From Hymenobacter sp. (GTDB lineage Bacteria > Bacteroidota > Bacteroidia > Cytophagales > Hymenobacteraceae): a stretch of 64,000 nt of DNA. The notes under the pieces are model-generated. The model had not been told where the DNA came from, ran no database searches, and worked only from the letters and a program-made list of their open reading frames with translations. This document shows, piece after piece, positions 17,895-26,206 of the stretch (the first letter of the stretch is position 1; every line of letters starts with the position of its first letter). The translations under genes were made by a program, and so were the position numbers. The stretch spans positions 12,322 to 76,321 of the forward strand of contig NZ_DASVSY010000065.1 of the NCBI RefSeq assembly GCF_036387835.1, written 5' to 3'.

Positions 17895-19112
17895 TTACCC
17901 TTTTTTCACCACCCACTTTGTTCCCTGGGTGTCTATTTCCACCGCAAAACCCTGGTCGAGATAAACAGTTTGAAAGTGCTCTTCGAAGCTGGGAACCTTC
18001 GTCAGGTTTTTACGCACCATGGTTTGGTAAATGGCAGGCAACTCATCGAGCCGATAGCGAACTTCCGTTGATTCTTGGAGGGTGGGAGCTTGTTTCTTGG
18101 CTGGGGCGCTAGCACGCCGTTGCGCCTCTTTGTATTCGGCGCTTAAATGCTGTTTGGTGATAGCGGCAACAATTGAACCGGCCAAGCTCTTGACTTTGCC
18201 GTCACGCTGCCGCTCCCGTTGCTGCTGCACCACAAATTGCACGTAGCCGGGCTCTACTTCGCCTCGCTCAATTAGTTCGCCTACCGCCGCAATGCTGGCT
18301 GTTGCCACTCCAACTTGCAATAGCGCGTCTTCCCAAGCACTACTAGCAGCCAACAAAGTCTCGCCTTCTCCGGCGGCCAACGAGGTGAACCGAAACTTGA
18401 TTTCCGAAACACCTTTTCCTTCCCGGATTAAGTCATACTCGAAGGGCAGATCGGTTTTAGCTAACTCGAATTGCGCTCGGTCCAACACCCGCAAGCGAAA
18501 CAAAGGAAACTGCTTGTACTGCCCTTCCAAGTTCAACAGTGCTTTCAGTTGTTCGACGGCAACCGTGCGCGTGCCAAAAGCGCTGTATTCCTTAAGCAGC
18601 CAGTAAATCCGATACGAATGGGGACTCTTGAGCTTGAGCAGTTGCACCACCTGCGCCTTCGTGAAGTTGCGCTGCAGCTGCAACAGATAGGGCATCACTT
18701 CGTCATTGAAGCGTACGTGCAGGGCTCCCTCCTCTCCGCGGTACTTGGCGTAAGCCATAAGCGGAATTTTATCGAAGTCAGGGTCGGAATTTCGACGGGT
18801 GGCTCGCCGCACCGGATTAGGCCGCTCGATGTGCAGAATCCTGCTAACTAACTGATTGCACATCCCCGCCACCTGCTGGTAATCCTTGCTACTCGGCCGC
18901 CGTCCCGACAAGGCCACCACCTCCGTCAAAGGAATACGCATCTCCCGAAACTCGCTGTCGTCCCGACCAATGCGTGAGAGCATCGCCATGAATAAGCGCA
19001 TTTCAACCGTAGAAAGGTCGAATCGGGCGTTAACCAGCGCGTTGTGCTGAACCACAATCTTGCTGACGGGTGGTTCGGGCGGCGGCGTAGGATCGAACAA
19101 GTTTGTTTGCAT
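17895..19112 (-). CDS. plasmid replication initiator, Rep_3 (RepB-like) family, copy 1
   Basis: 405 aa with an ATG start. VVQHNALVNARFDLSTVEMRLFMAMLSRI and the winged-helix-like region KLKSPHSYRIYWLLKEY are typical iteron-binding Rep_3 initiator features. The gene lies next to the iteron array. Confidence 0.85.
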   Translation of the reverse strand: MQTNLFDPTPPPEPPVSKIVVQHNALVNARFDLSTVEMRLFMAMLSRIGRDDSEFREMRIPLTEVVALSGRRPSSKDYQQVAGMCNQLVSRILHIERPNPVRRATRRNSDPDFDKIPLMAYAKYRGEEGALHVRFNDEVMPYLLQLQRNFTKAQVVQLLKLKSPHSYRIYWLLKEYSAFGTRTVAVEQLKALLNLEGQYKQFPLFRLRVLDRAQFELAKTDLPFEYDLIREGKGVSEIKFRFTSLAAGEGETLLAASSAWEDALLQVGVATASIAAVGELIERGEVEPGYVQFVVQQQRERQRDGKVKSLAGSIVAAITKQHLSAEYKEAQRRASAPAKKQAPTLQESTEVRYRLDELPAIYQTMVRKNLTKVPSFEEHFQTVYLDQGFAVEIDTQGTKWVVKKG

Positions 19113-19161
19113 GCGTAGTATACCTGATGGCTACTGGCAGTAAGTTGGTTACAACCAGCAA

Positions 19162-19198
19162 CTATTACAAGCCAACTGCCTTGTAATAATTATCCACA
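19162..19198. promoter_or_regulatory. inverted half-iterons plus a consensus DnaA box in the rep copy-1 upstream region
   Basis: CTATTACAAG (19162-19171) and CTTGTAATAA (19180-19189) form an inverted repeat of the iteron core TGTAATAG. TTATCCACA at 19190-19198 is a perfect DnaA-box consensus. This lies 50-86 nt upstream of the rep start at 19112. Confidence 0.6.
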
Positions 19199-19212
19199 CA
19201 ATTAAGGGCTTT

Positions 19213-19372
19213 CGTGCTTTTGTAATAGGTGTTCGTGCTTCTGGTAATAGGGCAACGTGGTTTCTGTAATAGATGGGTCTTAATTCGTCGTGGTTTCTGT
19301 AATAGCAGATTCGTGCTTCTGGTAATAGGGCTGCGTGGTTTTTGTAATAGATGCTCGTGGGTTTTGTAATAG
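19213..19372 (+). repeat. array of 7 direct iterons (consensus CGTG[C/G]TTTYTGTAATAG)
   Basis: Copies are at 19213-19228, 19234-19250, 19256-19272, 19289-19305, 19312-19328, 19334-19350 and 19356-19372. Start-to-start spacings are 21, 22, 33, 23, 22 and 22 bp. Confidence 0.9.
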
Positions 19373-19559
19373 ATGGGCCTCTCAACTCTCTATGATACAA
19401 GGAGTTACAGCACCCGTAAACCTTATAAAGGTTATTAATAAAGGAAACAACTAGTTTAAACAGGTCGTTTCTTTTGAAGAAAGGGTTTTTGAAAAGAAGG
19501 AAATACCACCAAGACGAAGCCAAGTAGCGGGTAAGGGCAAGGGCGGCCCGGCGCGCCGT

Positions 19560-19869
19560 CGTGGTTTTTGTAATAGATGCCATATTACAGCGAGGCATTC
19601 GACCACCTATTCCTAGCCTTTCAAGCTTTAAAAGCGAATGAGGTACTGCGCATGATTCATCGGGTTTCCCACATACACTTCAAAAGCTGATTCCTATTAC
19701 CAAATCCACGACATCCTAGCTTTGGTGTAGCTCCAGCCTTGTGCTTGAAGGGCCATCTATTACAGAAACCACGCAGCAAGGCTTGATCTGAGCTAGTAAG
19801 CAGGCTTTAGCGCCCTCTTAGGGTTTGAATGTCAAGTTGTGTGTATTGGCCTCGTGGTTTTTGTAATAG
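19560..19869. repeat. four dispersed GTGG-type iterons (two forward, two reverse)
   Basis: Forward CGTGGTTTTTGTAATAG is at 19560-19576 and 19853-19869. Reverse copies are CTATTACCAAATCCACG at 19694-19710 and CTATTACAGAAACCACG at 19757-19773. Confidence 0.8.
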
Positions 19870-20038
19870 ATAGAGGCTTTTGTAAGCAATGTATCCAAGC
19901 ACTCAGGAACCACTGCGCTGCTGAATAAATCTCATAAAGCCCACAAAGACAATGGATTAAATGTTAAAGAGATAGAAGTATATTACTCGCCTTACGCTTT
20001 GTGGAGCATTCATTTCTAGATTAACAACACGTCAGGTC

Positions 20039-20279
20039 CTATTACAAAAAGCACGAACGTTTGCTTGCTGCTAGGCTGCACCCTTAAATAACGCTTTCAT
20101 AATGTTCGTGCTTTTTGTAATAGGGCCTGATAAGCGAAGGTCATCCAAATGAATTCGTGCTTTTTGTAATAGCAAGAGCCGGGAACAGGAAGCTTTACAA
20201 TAATAGTAGAGCATTTGTATGCTGATTATTAGTGGCTTACGAAATAAAAAAGGCTTGTTTATTCATTACAAAAAGCACG
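20039..20279. repeat. four GTGC-type iterons including an extended inverted pair
   Basis: A reverse copy is at 20039-20055 and forward copies are at 20107-20123 and 20156-20172. A degenerate reverse copy is at 20264-20279. Copies 20039 and 20107 sit in a ~25-bp inverted repeat (AGGNCCTATTACAAAAAGCACGAAC). Confidence 0.8.
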
Positions 20280-20509
20280 AAACAGCAATCTTTTATCAAG
20301 TAAAATAGCCCTATCCTCTGTTGGAACTATCGGGTTCGTTTGATAAATGCTTGAAAGAAAATTCATCTTGCCATTTTATCTTGAAGCACCATTCCTCAGC
20401 TACACCTTTCACCTAAATCAGAAGGTATTGAGAAAGTATGCAAGTGTCTGTAATACAGATGTATAAGTGAGAATATCCTTCAGAAGCCGCAATGTATTGC
20501 TTTCAAGGC

Positions 20510-20604
20510 CTATTACTAAAAGCACGAATAGCTATTACCAAAAGCACGAATACTTTCAACTGAACAGGCGCTGTAATCTGCTATGCCCTATTACCAAAAG
20601 CACG
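20510..20604 (-). repeat. three GTGC-type iterons directly upstream of rep copy 2
   Basis: CTATTACTAAAAGCACG is at 20510-20526 and CTATTACCAAAAGCACG is at 20532-20548 and 20588-20604. All are followed by AATA(G/C). Confidence 0.85.
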
Positions 20605-20675
20605 AATAGCTATCAGCGGATTATTTTTTATAATACTATTGCCGTACTACTCTCCACCCTTCCCTCCTACTCGTT

Positions 20676-21911
20676 ATGCAAGGAGAACTTTTCGTTAGCG
20701 ATAAGCCAGAGCCCACCAGCAAGCTGGTGGTGCAGCGTAATGATTTGGTTAATGCGCGTTTTGCACTGACAACGCTGGAGATGCGGCTATTTATGGCAAT
20801 GCTTGCACGCATCAATCGGGAGGATACTGAGTTTCACGAATTGCGAATTCCCGTAACGGAAGTAGTGGCGCTGTCGGGACGGCGGCCGAGCAGTAACGAC
20901 TATCAGCAGTTAAAAGACATGTGTGCCTTGCTCGCTTCGCGGGTGTTGTACGTCGAGCGACCGAGCAAGAAGAAAACCAAACGTGCCGGCCAAGCGACCG
21001 AGGAAGCCCCGAGTTTCTCGAACACGCCCTTGATGGCTTACGCCGACTACAGCAGCGAAGAGCGGGCCCTAGTGGTTCGGTTCAACGACCGAGTTCGTGA
21101 GCACTTATTGCAGCTCAACGATGGCAACTTCACGCAGGCCCAGCTTATGCAGTTGCTGAAGCTCAAAAGCGCCCACTCCTACCGTATTTATTGGCTCTTA
21201 AAGCAATACGGCAGCTTCGGTACGCGCACCATCCGCGTAGAGGAACTGAAGCGAGTCTTGGACTTGGAAGGCCAGTACAAGCAATTTCCGCTTTTCAAGC
21301 TGCGGGTATTAGACCGGGCTCAGCAGGAACTCTCCCAGACCAACCTGGCCTTCCAGTACGAGTTGATTCGTGGGAAGAGCAACACCGTGGAAGAAATCCG
21401 ATTTCATTTCACGCCGGTCACCAGCGAAGTTCTTTTACCTTCCCTACCTGCTACCGCCGAGTGGCAGAAAGTCCTGCTTGAAGTGGGAGTATCGGCCAGT
21501 AGTATAGCGGCTATTGGCGACCTTATCGACCGCGGGGAGATGGAGCCTGGCTACGTGCAGTACGTGGTGCAGCAGCAACGCAGCAAGAGCAGCGCGGGCA
21601 AAATCAAGAACCTGGCCGGGGCTGTGTTTACAGCCCTTACCAAGGGCCATCTGGCCGATGAGTATCGTAAGGCCTTGCAGCGCCAAAAGCGCACTCCTCG
21701 CCCCTGTTCAGGCGGTTCAAGCGAAAGTGCTGCCCCACAACTTATTCGTTATCGGTTGGACGAGGCTCGGGAAGCCTATGAGCTAATGGCCCAGCAAAAA
21801 ATGGCCAAAGGGGCCACGTTTCAGGAGAATTTAACTCTGGTCTACTTGTCTCAGGGATTTCGCCAGGAGCAAGATGCCAACGGAGTGGAATGGCTGATTA
21901 AGAGTCTTTAG
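20676..21911 (+). CDS. plasmid replication initiator, Rep_3 (RepB-like) family, copy 2
   Basis: 411 aa with an ATG start. It is collinear with copy 1. In the block VVQRNDLVNARFALTTLEMRLFMAMLARI...VERP, 57 of 79 hand-aligned residues are identical to copy 1. Confidence 0.85.
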   Translation: MQGELFVSDKPEPTSKLVVQRNDLVNARFALTTLEMRLFMAMLARINREDTEFHELRIPVTEVVALSGRRPSSNDYQQLKDMCALLASRVLYVERPSKKKTKRAGQATEEAPSFSNTPLMAYADYSSEERALVVRFNDRVREHLLQLNDGNFTQAQLMQLLKLKSAHSYRIYWLLKQYGSFGTRTIRVEELKRVLDLEGQYKQFPLFKLRVLDRAQQELSQTNLAFQYELIRGKSNTVEEIRFHFTPVTSEVLLPSLPATAEWQKVLLEVGVSASSIAAIGDLIDRGEMEPGYVQYVVQQQRSKSSAGKIKNLAGAVFTALTKGHLADEYRKALQRQKRTPRPCSGGSSESAAPQLIRYRLDEAREAYELMAQQKMAKGATFQENLTLVYLSQGFRQEQDANGVEWLIKSL

Positions 21912-22084
21912 AGTGTTGCCTTTTCAAGCTGTCAGAAGCGCTACGCAGGCAGCTTGAATCTAAAAGCGTATTCTCACCGTCTTGGATCAGGCATTGATGG
22001 CTTCTCGCAAGCAATTTCGTTGGAAGCAGCAGCTTGAAATCGATGCCCTATCGGAATCCTTCAGGCTTCACACCTTTAATTGAA

Positions 22085-22500
22085 AACACGAACGTTTATA
22101 CGTATAAACGTTAGTATATACTAACGTACATACATTTATATGTAAACGCATAAGTTTGTGCTCTTTATTCTTTCTAACGTTTATACGTAAATACATAATA
22201 ACGTATAAACATAAGTACATATATACGTAATTACGTTATTATGCTCTTACACTTATATGCAACTACGTAAACTTGTCTAAGTGCGTAATACTGTGTTGCA
22301 TTGAATATATGTAAATAGCAAAACGAGTTCGATTTAGTCTTTTATCCAATATGCTACGATTAGCTCAGGTTGAAAGAAGATACAGTTAGAGGACTATTAG
22401 TATGTACGTAAAAACGTATTTACGTATCAACGTAGGTATATAAATATGCTCGATCGTTTTAACGTTTGTGTGTAAATATTCTTTACTTGCGTTTGCACAT
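22085..22500. promoter_or_regulatory. AT-rich cluster of ACGT-centred palindromes upstream of parA (candidate centromere/operator or DNA-unwinding region)
   Basis: A perfect 22-nt palindrome AACGTTTATACGTATAAACGTT is at 22091-22112 and TTAGTATATACTAA is adjacent. AACGTTTATACGT recurs at 22176-22188 and AACGTATAAAC is at 22199. ACGTAATTACGT is at 22225-22236 and TACGTAAAAACGTATTTACGTA is near 22404. Confidence 0.5.
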
Positions 22501-22516
22501 CATTGTTTACTGATTT

Positions 22517-23305
22517 ATGCAAACTCTCTGCTTTTCAAATAATAAGGGAGGGGTAGGGAAAACTACCTCTGCTCTCAACGTTGGCCTAGCGCTGGCCCGC
22601 CGCGGCTATCGGGTGCTGTTCTGTGATTGTGATCCGCAGCGTAGTCTTACTATCTCGTTCGAGGGGGCCGACATACCAGAACACGTTGGCATGCTCCTTA
22701 TGCGCAAAGGCGAGTTCACTCTCGATGACGTACACGCGGTGGTTAGGCCAGTGGGTGAGAATGTAGATCTGCTGCCGGCTAGTGCAGAAATGGAAGCCAA
22801 TGAGGCGCAGCTTCCAGGTTGGGATGCCGAGCATTCCACTCGCTTGGCCGACATCCTGGAAATGATAGCTCCGGAGTACGACTACTGCTTAATTGATACT
22901 AAAGGCAGTATCGGAACCTTAACTTGGATTGCGTTGGCAGCTACTAATCTGCTTTATATCCCTGTCGATCCGGAGTTCTATGGGTTCGAGGGCTTGACTA
23001 ACCTGATCAATACGTGCACCCGTTTGCGGCGGCGCATCAATCCAACTCTGCAGATAGGCGGTATCTTTTTCACCAAGTATTCCCCGGCTTACCGGGCCCG
23101 CCTCCGTCATGATGTGGTTGATTTGATCAAAGACCATTATGGTAAAGAGGTACCGGTCTTTGAAACTACTATCCGCCAAAGCACCGCTATTCCCAACGCT
23201 CAAATGGCGGGCACCGGCCTTTTCGACTACGCGCCGGATTCCACGGGTGCCGAAGACTACGAAGCTTTAACCGACGAAATCTTACAACACCTCCATGCCA
23301 AGTAA
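22517..23305 (+). CDS. parA: ParA/Soj-family partition ATPase
   Basis: 262 aa. It has a deviant Walker A SNNKGGVGKTTSALNVGLALA followed by CDCDPQRSLT. Confidence 0.9.
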   Translation: MQTLCFSNNKGGVGKTTSALNVGLALARRGYRVLFCDCDPQRSLTISFEGADIPEHVGMLLMRKGEFTLDDVHAVVRPVGENVDLLPASAEMEANEAQLPGWDAEHSTRLADILEMIAPEYDYCLIDTKGSIGTLTWIALAATNLLYIPVDPEFYGFEGLTNLINTCTRLRRRINPTLQIGGIFFTKYSPAYRARLRHDVVDLIKDHYGKEVPVFETTIRQSTAIPNAQMAGTGLFDYAPDSTGAEDYEALTDEILQHLHAK

Positions 23306-23774
23306 CTCCGCCAAAATCCCGTCGCGGCCTGCGCTGGACCGCTACAAAGATAAACCCCGGCCCACCCTGTCGGAGAATCCGGCTGGCACGCCGCCTCCGG
23401 TACCCGTTACCGAGGCCCTCCGCGATACGCCGCCGGCCCGCTCGGTAGTGGCTGAAGAAAGCACTCCACCCGTCCGCCCGCAGCAAGTCTCGGGTAGGGT
23501 AGGGAAGGAGCCAGCGGCAACTCCGGTAGCAAGCAATTCCGTTCCGTCGTCGGTGCCGGAGCAGGTACCATTCAACTCGCAAATAAAATTCGAGACCTAT
23601 CTGCGCATCAAGCAGGCTCAATTTTATGATCGGGTCAAAATCAAAGACTTAACCGACGAGGCACTCAACTATTATCTCGATCAATTCGAGGGGGCCAACA
23701 CGCCGTTGCCACCCAAGGTGTTGCAAGAAGTGCTCAATCAAGGAAAAATCAAGGGGTACAAGAAGCGAGGTTGA
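23295..23774 (+). CDS. putative partition adaptor / centromere-binding protein (ParG/ParB-analogue)
   Basis: 159 aa whose start overlaps the parA 3' end by 11 nt. It has a long Pro-rich, probably disordered N-terminal part and a short structured C-terminus (VPFNSQIKFETYLRIKQAQFYDRVKIKDLTDEALNYYLDQFEG) compatible with a ribbon-helix-helix fold. The call rests on position only. Confidence 0.45.
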   Translation: MPSNSAKIPSRPALDRYKDKPRPTLSENPAGTPPPVPVTEALRDTPPARSVVAEESTPPVRPQQVSGRVGKEPAATPVASNSVPSSVPEQVPFNSQIKFETYLRIKQAQFYDRVKIKDLTDEALNYYLDQFEGANTPLPPKVLQEVLNQGKIKGYKKRG

Positions 23775-23846
23775 ATTTATAAATAGGCTGGATGATAAGA
23801 AATTTTTCTGCCTGAGCTACTTACAGCTAATAGCTGCTTTAACTGG

Positions 23847-24089
23847 TCATATTTGTAGTCTCGCCCGGCCTCTACTACCTGCAGCGTAGTAGAGGCCGGG
23901 CGAAGTGGTGTATCGGCAAATCAGCTTGCCGGCGCGAATGCTTTCATAAAACGCATCTATCCTTGCTGATTGGATGGCAGTACGAACTTCTGCATCGGCG
24001 CCCGCATCGAAGGATGAAAGGCTGAGCTTCCAACTAGGTCCAGATAGAGAAACCGCTGCTGTGGGGTTGTTGCTAGCAGCGGCGCGCAT
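23847..24089 (-). CDS. hypothetical protein (doubtful)
   Basis: The first ATG is at 24089 (the track start at 24101 is TTG). The last ~15 codons are encoded by the hairpin at 23862-23902. I recognise no family. Confidence 0.2.
   Translation of the reverse strand: MRAAASNNPTAAVSLSGPSWKLSLSSFDAGADAEVRTAIQSARIDAFYESIRAGKLICRYTTSPGLYYAAGSRGRARLQI
23862..23902. terminator. 17-bp-stem hairpin downstream of the par operon
   Basis: CGCCCGGCCTCTACTAC CTGCAGC GTAGTAGAGGCCGGGCG, 88 nt after the stop at 23774. Confidence 0.5.
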
Positions 24090-24310
24090 GGCTTCAACCA
24101 ATCAATACTAAATGAATGGTGGGCAGCCGAGTTTGATAGGCGCCAGCTGGAGAAGACTAGATCCTGAGAATCTGTTGTTGCAGCCTGTACTACCGGGCTT
24201 GGGGTTGTAGTGGCGCCAGACTACCAGATATTAAGTGTAGATGAGAATGTATATCACCTACATTCCTCGCCTTAACCTGATGCCACAACTGCTGATAAGC
24301 CCGAGCCCGA

Positions 24311-25033
24311 TTAGCGTAGCCGGGACTGAGATGCCAGAACTTCTTCGTTGAGAATACGAGCAATCAGCGTTGTTTCTTCCCGGACGGCCTTGTGGTAGAA
24401 GCGTACCACTGTTGTATCAGGAATTTCATGTCGGCCACTGAGCTCGGCTAGCGTTTGCAGCCGAGCAAGTGGTGGGATAATGCGGCTGTAAATTTCCTCC
24501 CACAAGGTTTGTGCTGCCTCAGCGGCATGTGCCATGCGTGCGCGCAACTCCAACAAGTGCATTACTACCTTCGCCAACGAAGTCAGCAATTTTGTTTCCG
24601 ACGCCGAGAAGGCTCGGGCTCGGCGGTCTATTACGCACAAACTACCAATGGCGTGGCCTTCGGCAGTACGTAAAGGGTGTCCGGCGTAGAATTGTAGGTT
24701 GAGAGACTGGCCTACTCCTGGATCAACCAGTACGCACGGGTCGTCGGCGAGACTTTCAAAAACAGTGGTTTCTTCGTGCAAAATAGCCACCGAACATAAG
24801 CTTTCGTGTCGGGCAACGCGCTTAGCACCGGGTAAGCCCACATTGCCAGCAAACAGCACGGTGTCTTTTTCCACGAAGGATACCAAGGCAATTGGAGCCC
24901 CAAACAGTTTGGCTGTCAGGCATACTAAATCATCAAAGAATTCCTCGCCGAGAGTACTCAAATGTTGATATTGATGTAACGCTTCCAAGCGAAGGGCATC
25001 ATCAAAGGGAATCAATGAGGAAAATGAATTCAT
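24311..25033 (-). CDS. GAF domain-containing protein
   Basis: The ATG is at 25033. FDDALRLEALHQYQ, FGAPIALVSFVEKDTVLFAGNVGL, FYAGHPLRTAEGHAIGSLCVIDRRAR is a typical stand-alone GAF signalling domain followed by a helical tail. Confidence 0.75.
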   Translation of the reverse strand: MNSFSSLIPFDDALRLEALHQYQHLSTLGEEFFDDLVCLTAKLFGAPIALVSFVEKDTVLFAGNVGLPGAKRVARHESLCSVAILHEETTVFESLADDPCVLVDPGVGQSLNLQFYAGHPLRTAEGHAIGSLCVIDRRARAFSASETKLLTSLAKVVMHLLELRARMAHAAEAAQTLWEEIYSRIIPPLARLQTLAELSGRHEIPDTTVVRFYHKAVREETTLIARILNEEVLASQSRLR

Positions 25034-25536
25034 AAGCACGATGCACAAATAATCTAACAGAAGTAGATGCTACGAAGCCAAGGAGTCCAGCAATACACTT
25101 GTCTTGAAAACCAACACTCCAACGCCTCCACTGCAACATTTTCTTGGTTAATTCTAATTTTCTTCCTTTAATACTTTATACTACTCCGCGTAAGCTTTCT
25201 GGGTTCACTTTTGAAAACTATTTTTCGCTGCGAACAAGCACAATACCTTTTGCTGCTTAGTAGAGGCGAAATAAGTTTGCACAAGTCCCGGACCTCATAA
25301 GGGCTTCACCAATAGAAAACGGAATTCAACTCTTCCCGAAGTTCAAGCGTAATCTCGCACAAAATACTCATGCGTGGTGCAGGTTAAACCTAAGAACCCG
25401 CGGACGAGAGGAAGTGCTGTCTCGCATCGTTGAGCTACCTGTTTGAAGTAAGTGGTTCTCAGCAAGCCTAGGCAGCCGTTCTACAATTTAAACATTCCTT
25501 ACGCGCTTACAGGATGCTTTAAGCGACTTTCAAAAC

Positions 25537-26121
25537 ATGCGAACCAGACTACGTAGGCACGCCCGCCGCATTAAAGTAATTGTTTACCAGGAAACCTTAT
25601 TCGATTACAAAGAACACTTCTGGACGTTTCTGGGTGCTTTCATGGGAATAAGTATAATCGGTTTATTGAACCGTTACCTGCTCCCGGCTTCCGATGTGCC
25701 TTTGCTCATTGGCTCCTTTGGCGCTTCGTCAGTGCTGATTTACGGGGTCATCAATAGCCCGTTGGCGCAGCCGCGCAATCTGCTGGGGGGGCATGTGTTT
25801 AGCGCTATCATTGGCGTGACGCTCTACCGCTTGATACCAGGAGAGCAGTGGTTGGCGGGGGCATTAGCTGTGTCGTTGTCCATCGTTGGGATGCAAATCA
25901 CCAAAACGTTGCACCCGCCCGGTGGGGCCACCGCGCTCATTGCCGTTATTGGCTCCGCACAACTGAAGGCGCTCGGCTATTGGTATGTGCTGGTGCCCGT
26001 GCTATCAGGCGTACTGATTTTGTTGCTGATAGCTGTGCTGGTAAACAACCTAACGCCTACGCGCCACTACCCAACCAACAAAAACTGGTACCGCTTCTGG
26101 CAACGAAAATATCAAGCGTAA
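25537..26121 (+). CDS. HPP family membrane protein
   Basis: 194 aa with four or more TM helices and the eponymous HPPGGATALIAV motif. Confidence 0.8.
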   Translation: MRTRLRRHARRIKVIVYQETLFDYKEHFWTFLGAFMGISIIGLLNRYLLPASDVPLLIGSFGASSVLIYGVINSPLAQPRNLLGGHVFSAIIGVTLYRLIPGEQWLAGALAVSLSIVGMQITKTLHPPGGATALIAVIGSAQLKALGYWYVLVPVLSGVLILLLIAVLVNNLTPTRHYPTNKNWYRFWQRKYQA

Positions 26122-26206
26122 TAGCGTGGCTAGCATCAACGTACTAGCTACCAATGCGAACTGCCGGACGGAGATTCCAGTGTGCTTGCTGATTGTAGAA
26201 CAAGCT

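Noticed and set aside
19213-19372. Possible CRISPR array
   Set aside because: The repeat unit is only 16-17 bp with 5-16-bp gaps (21-33-bp period). The copies are imperfect and are flanked by Rep_3 genes, and there are no cas genes. This is the signature of plasmid iterons.
19149-19598. 149-aa minus-strand ORF across the iteron array
   Set aside because: Its sequence repeats YYRNH/LLPEAR because it is simply the translation of the 22-bp iterons. This is not a gene.
20467-20769. 100-aa plus-strand ORF upstream of and overlapping rep copy 2
   Set aside because: The repeated PITKSTNSY comes from translating the iterons. It also overlaps the rep start out of frame.
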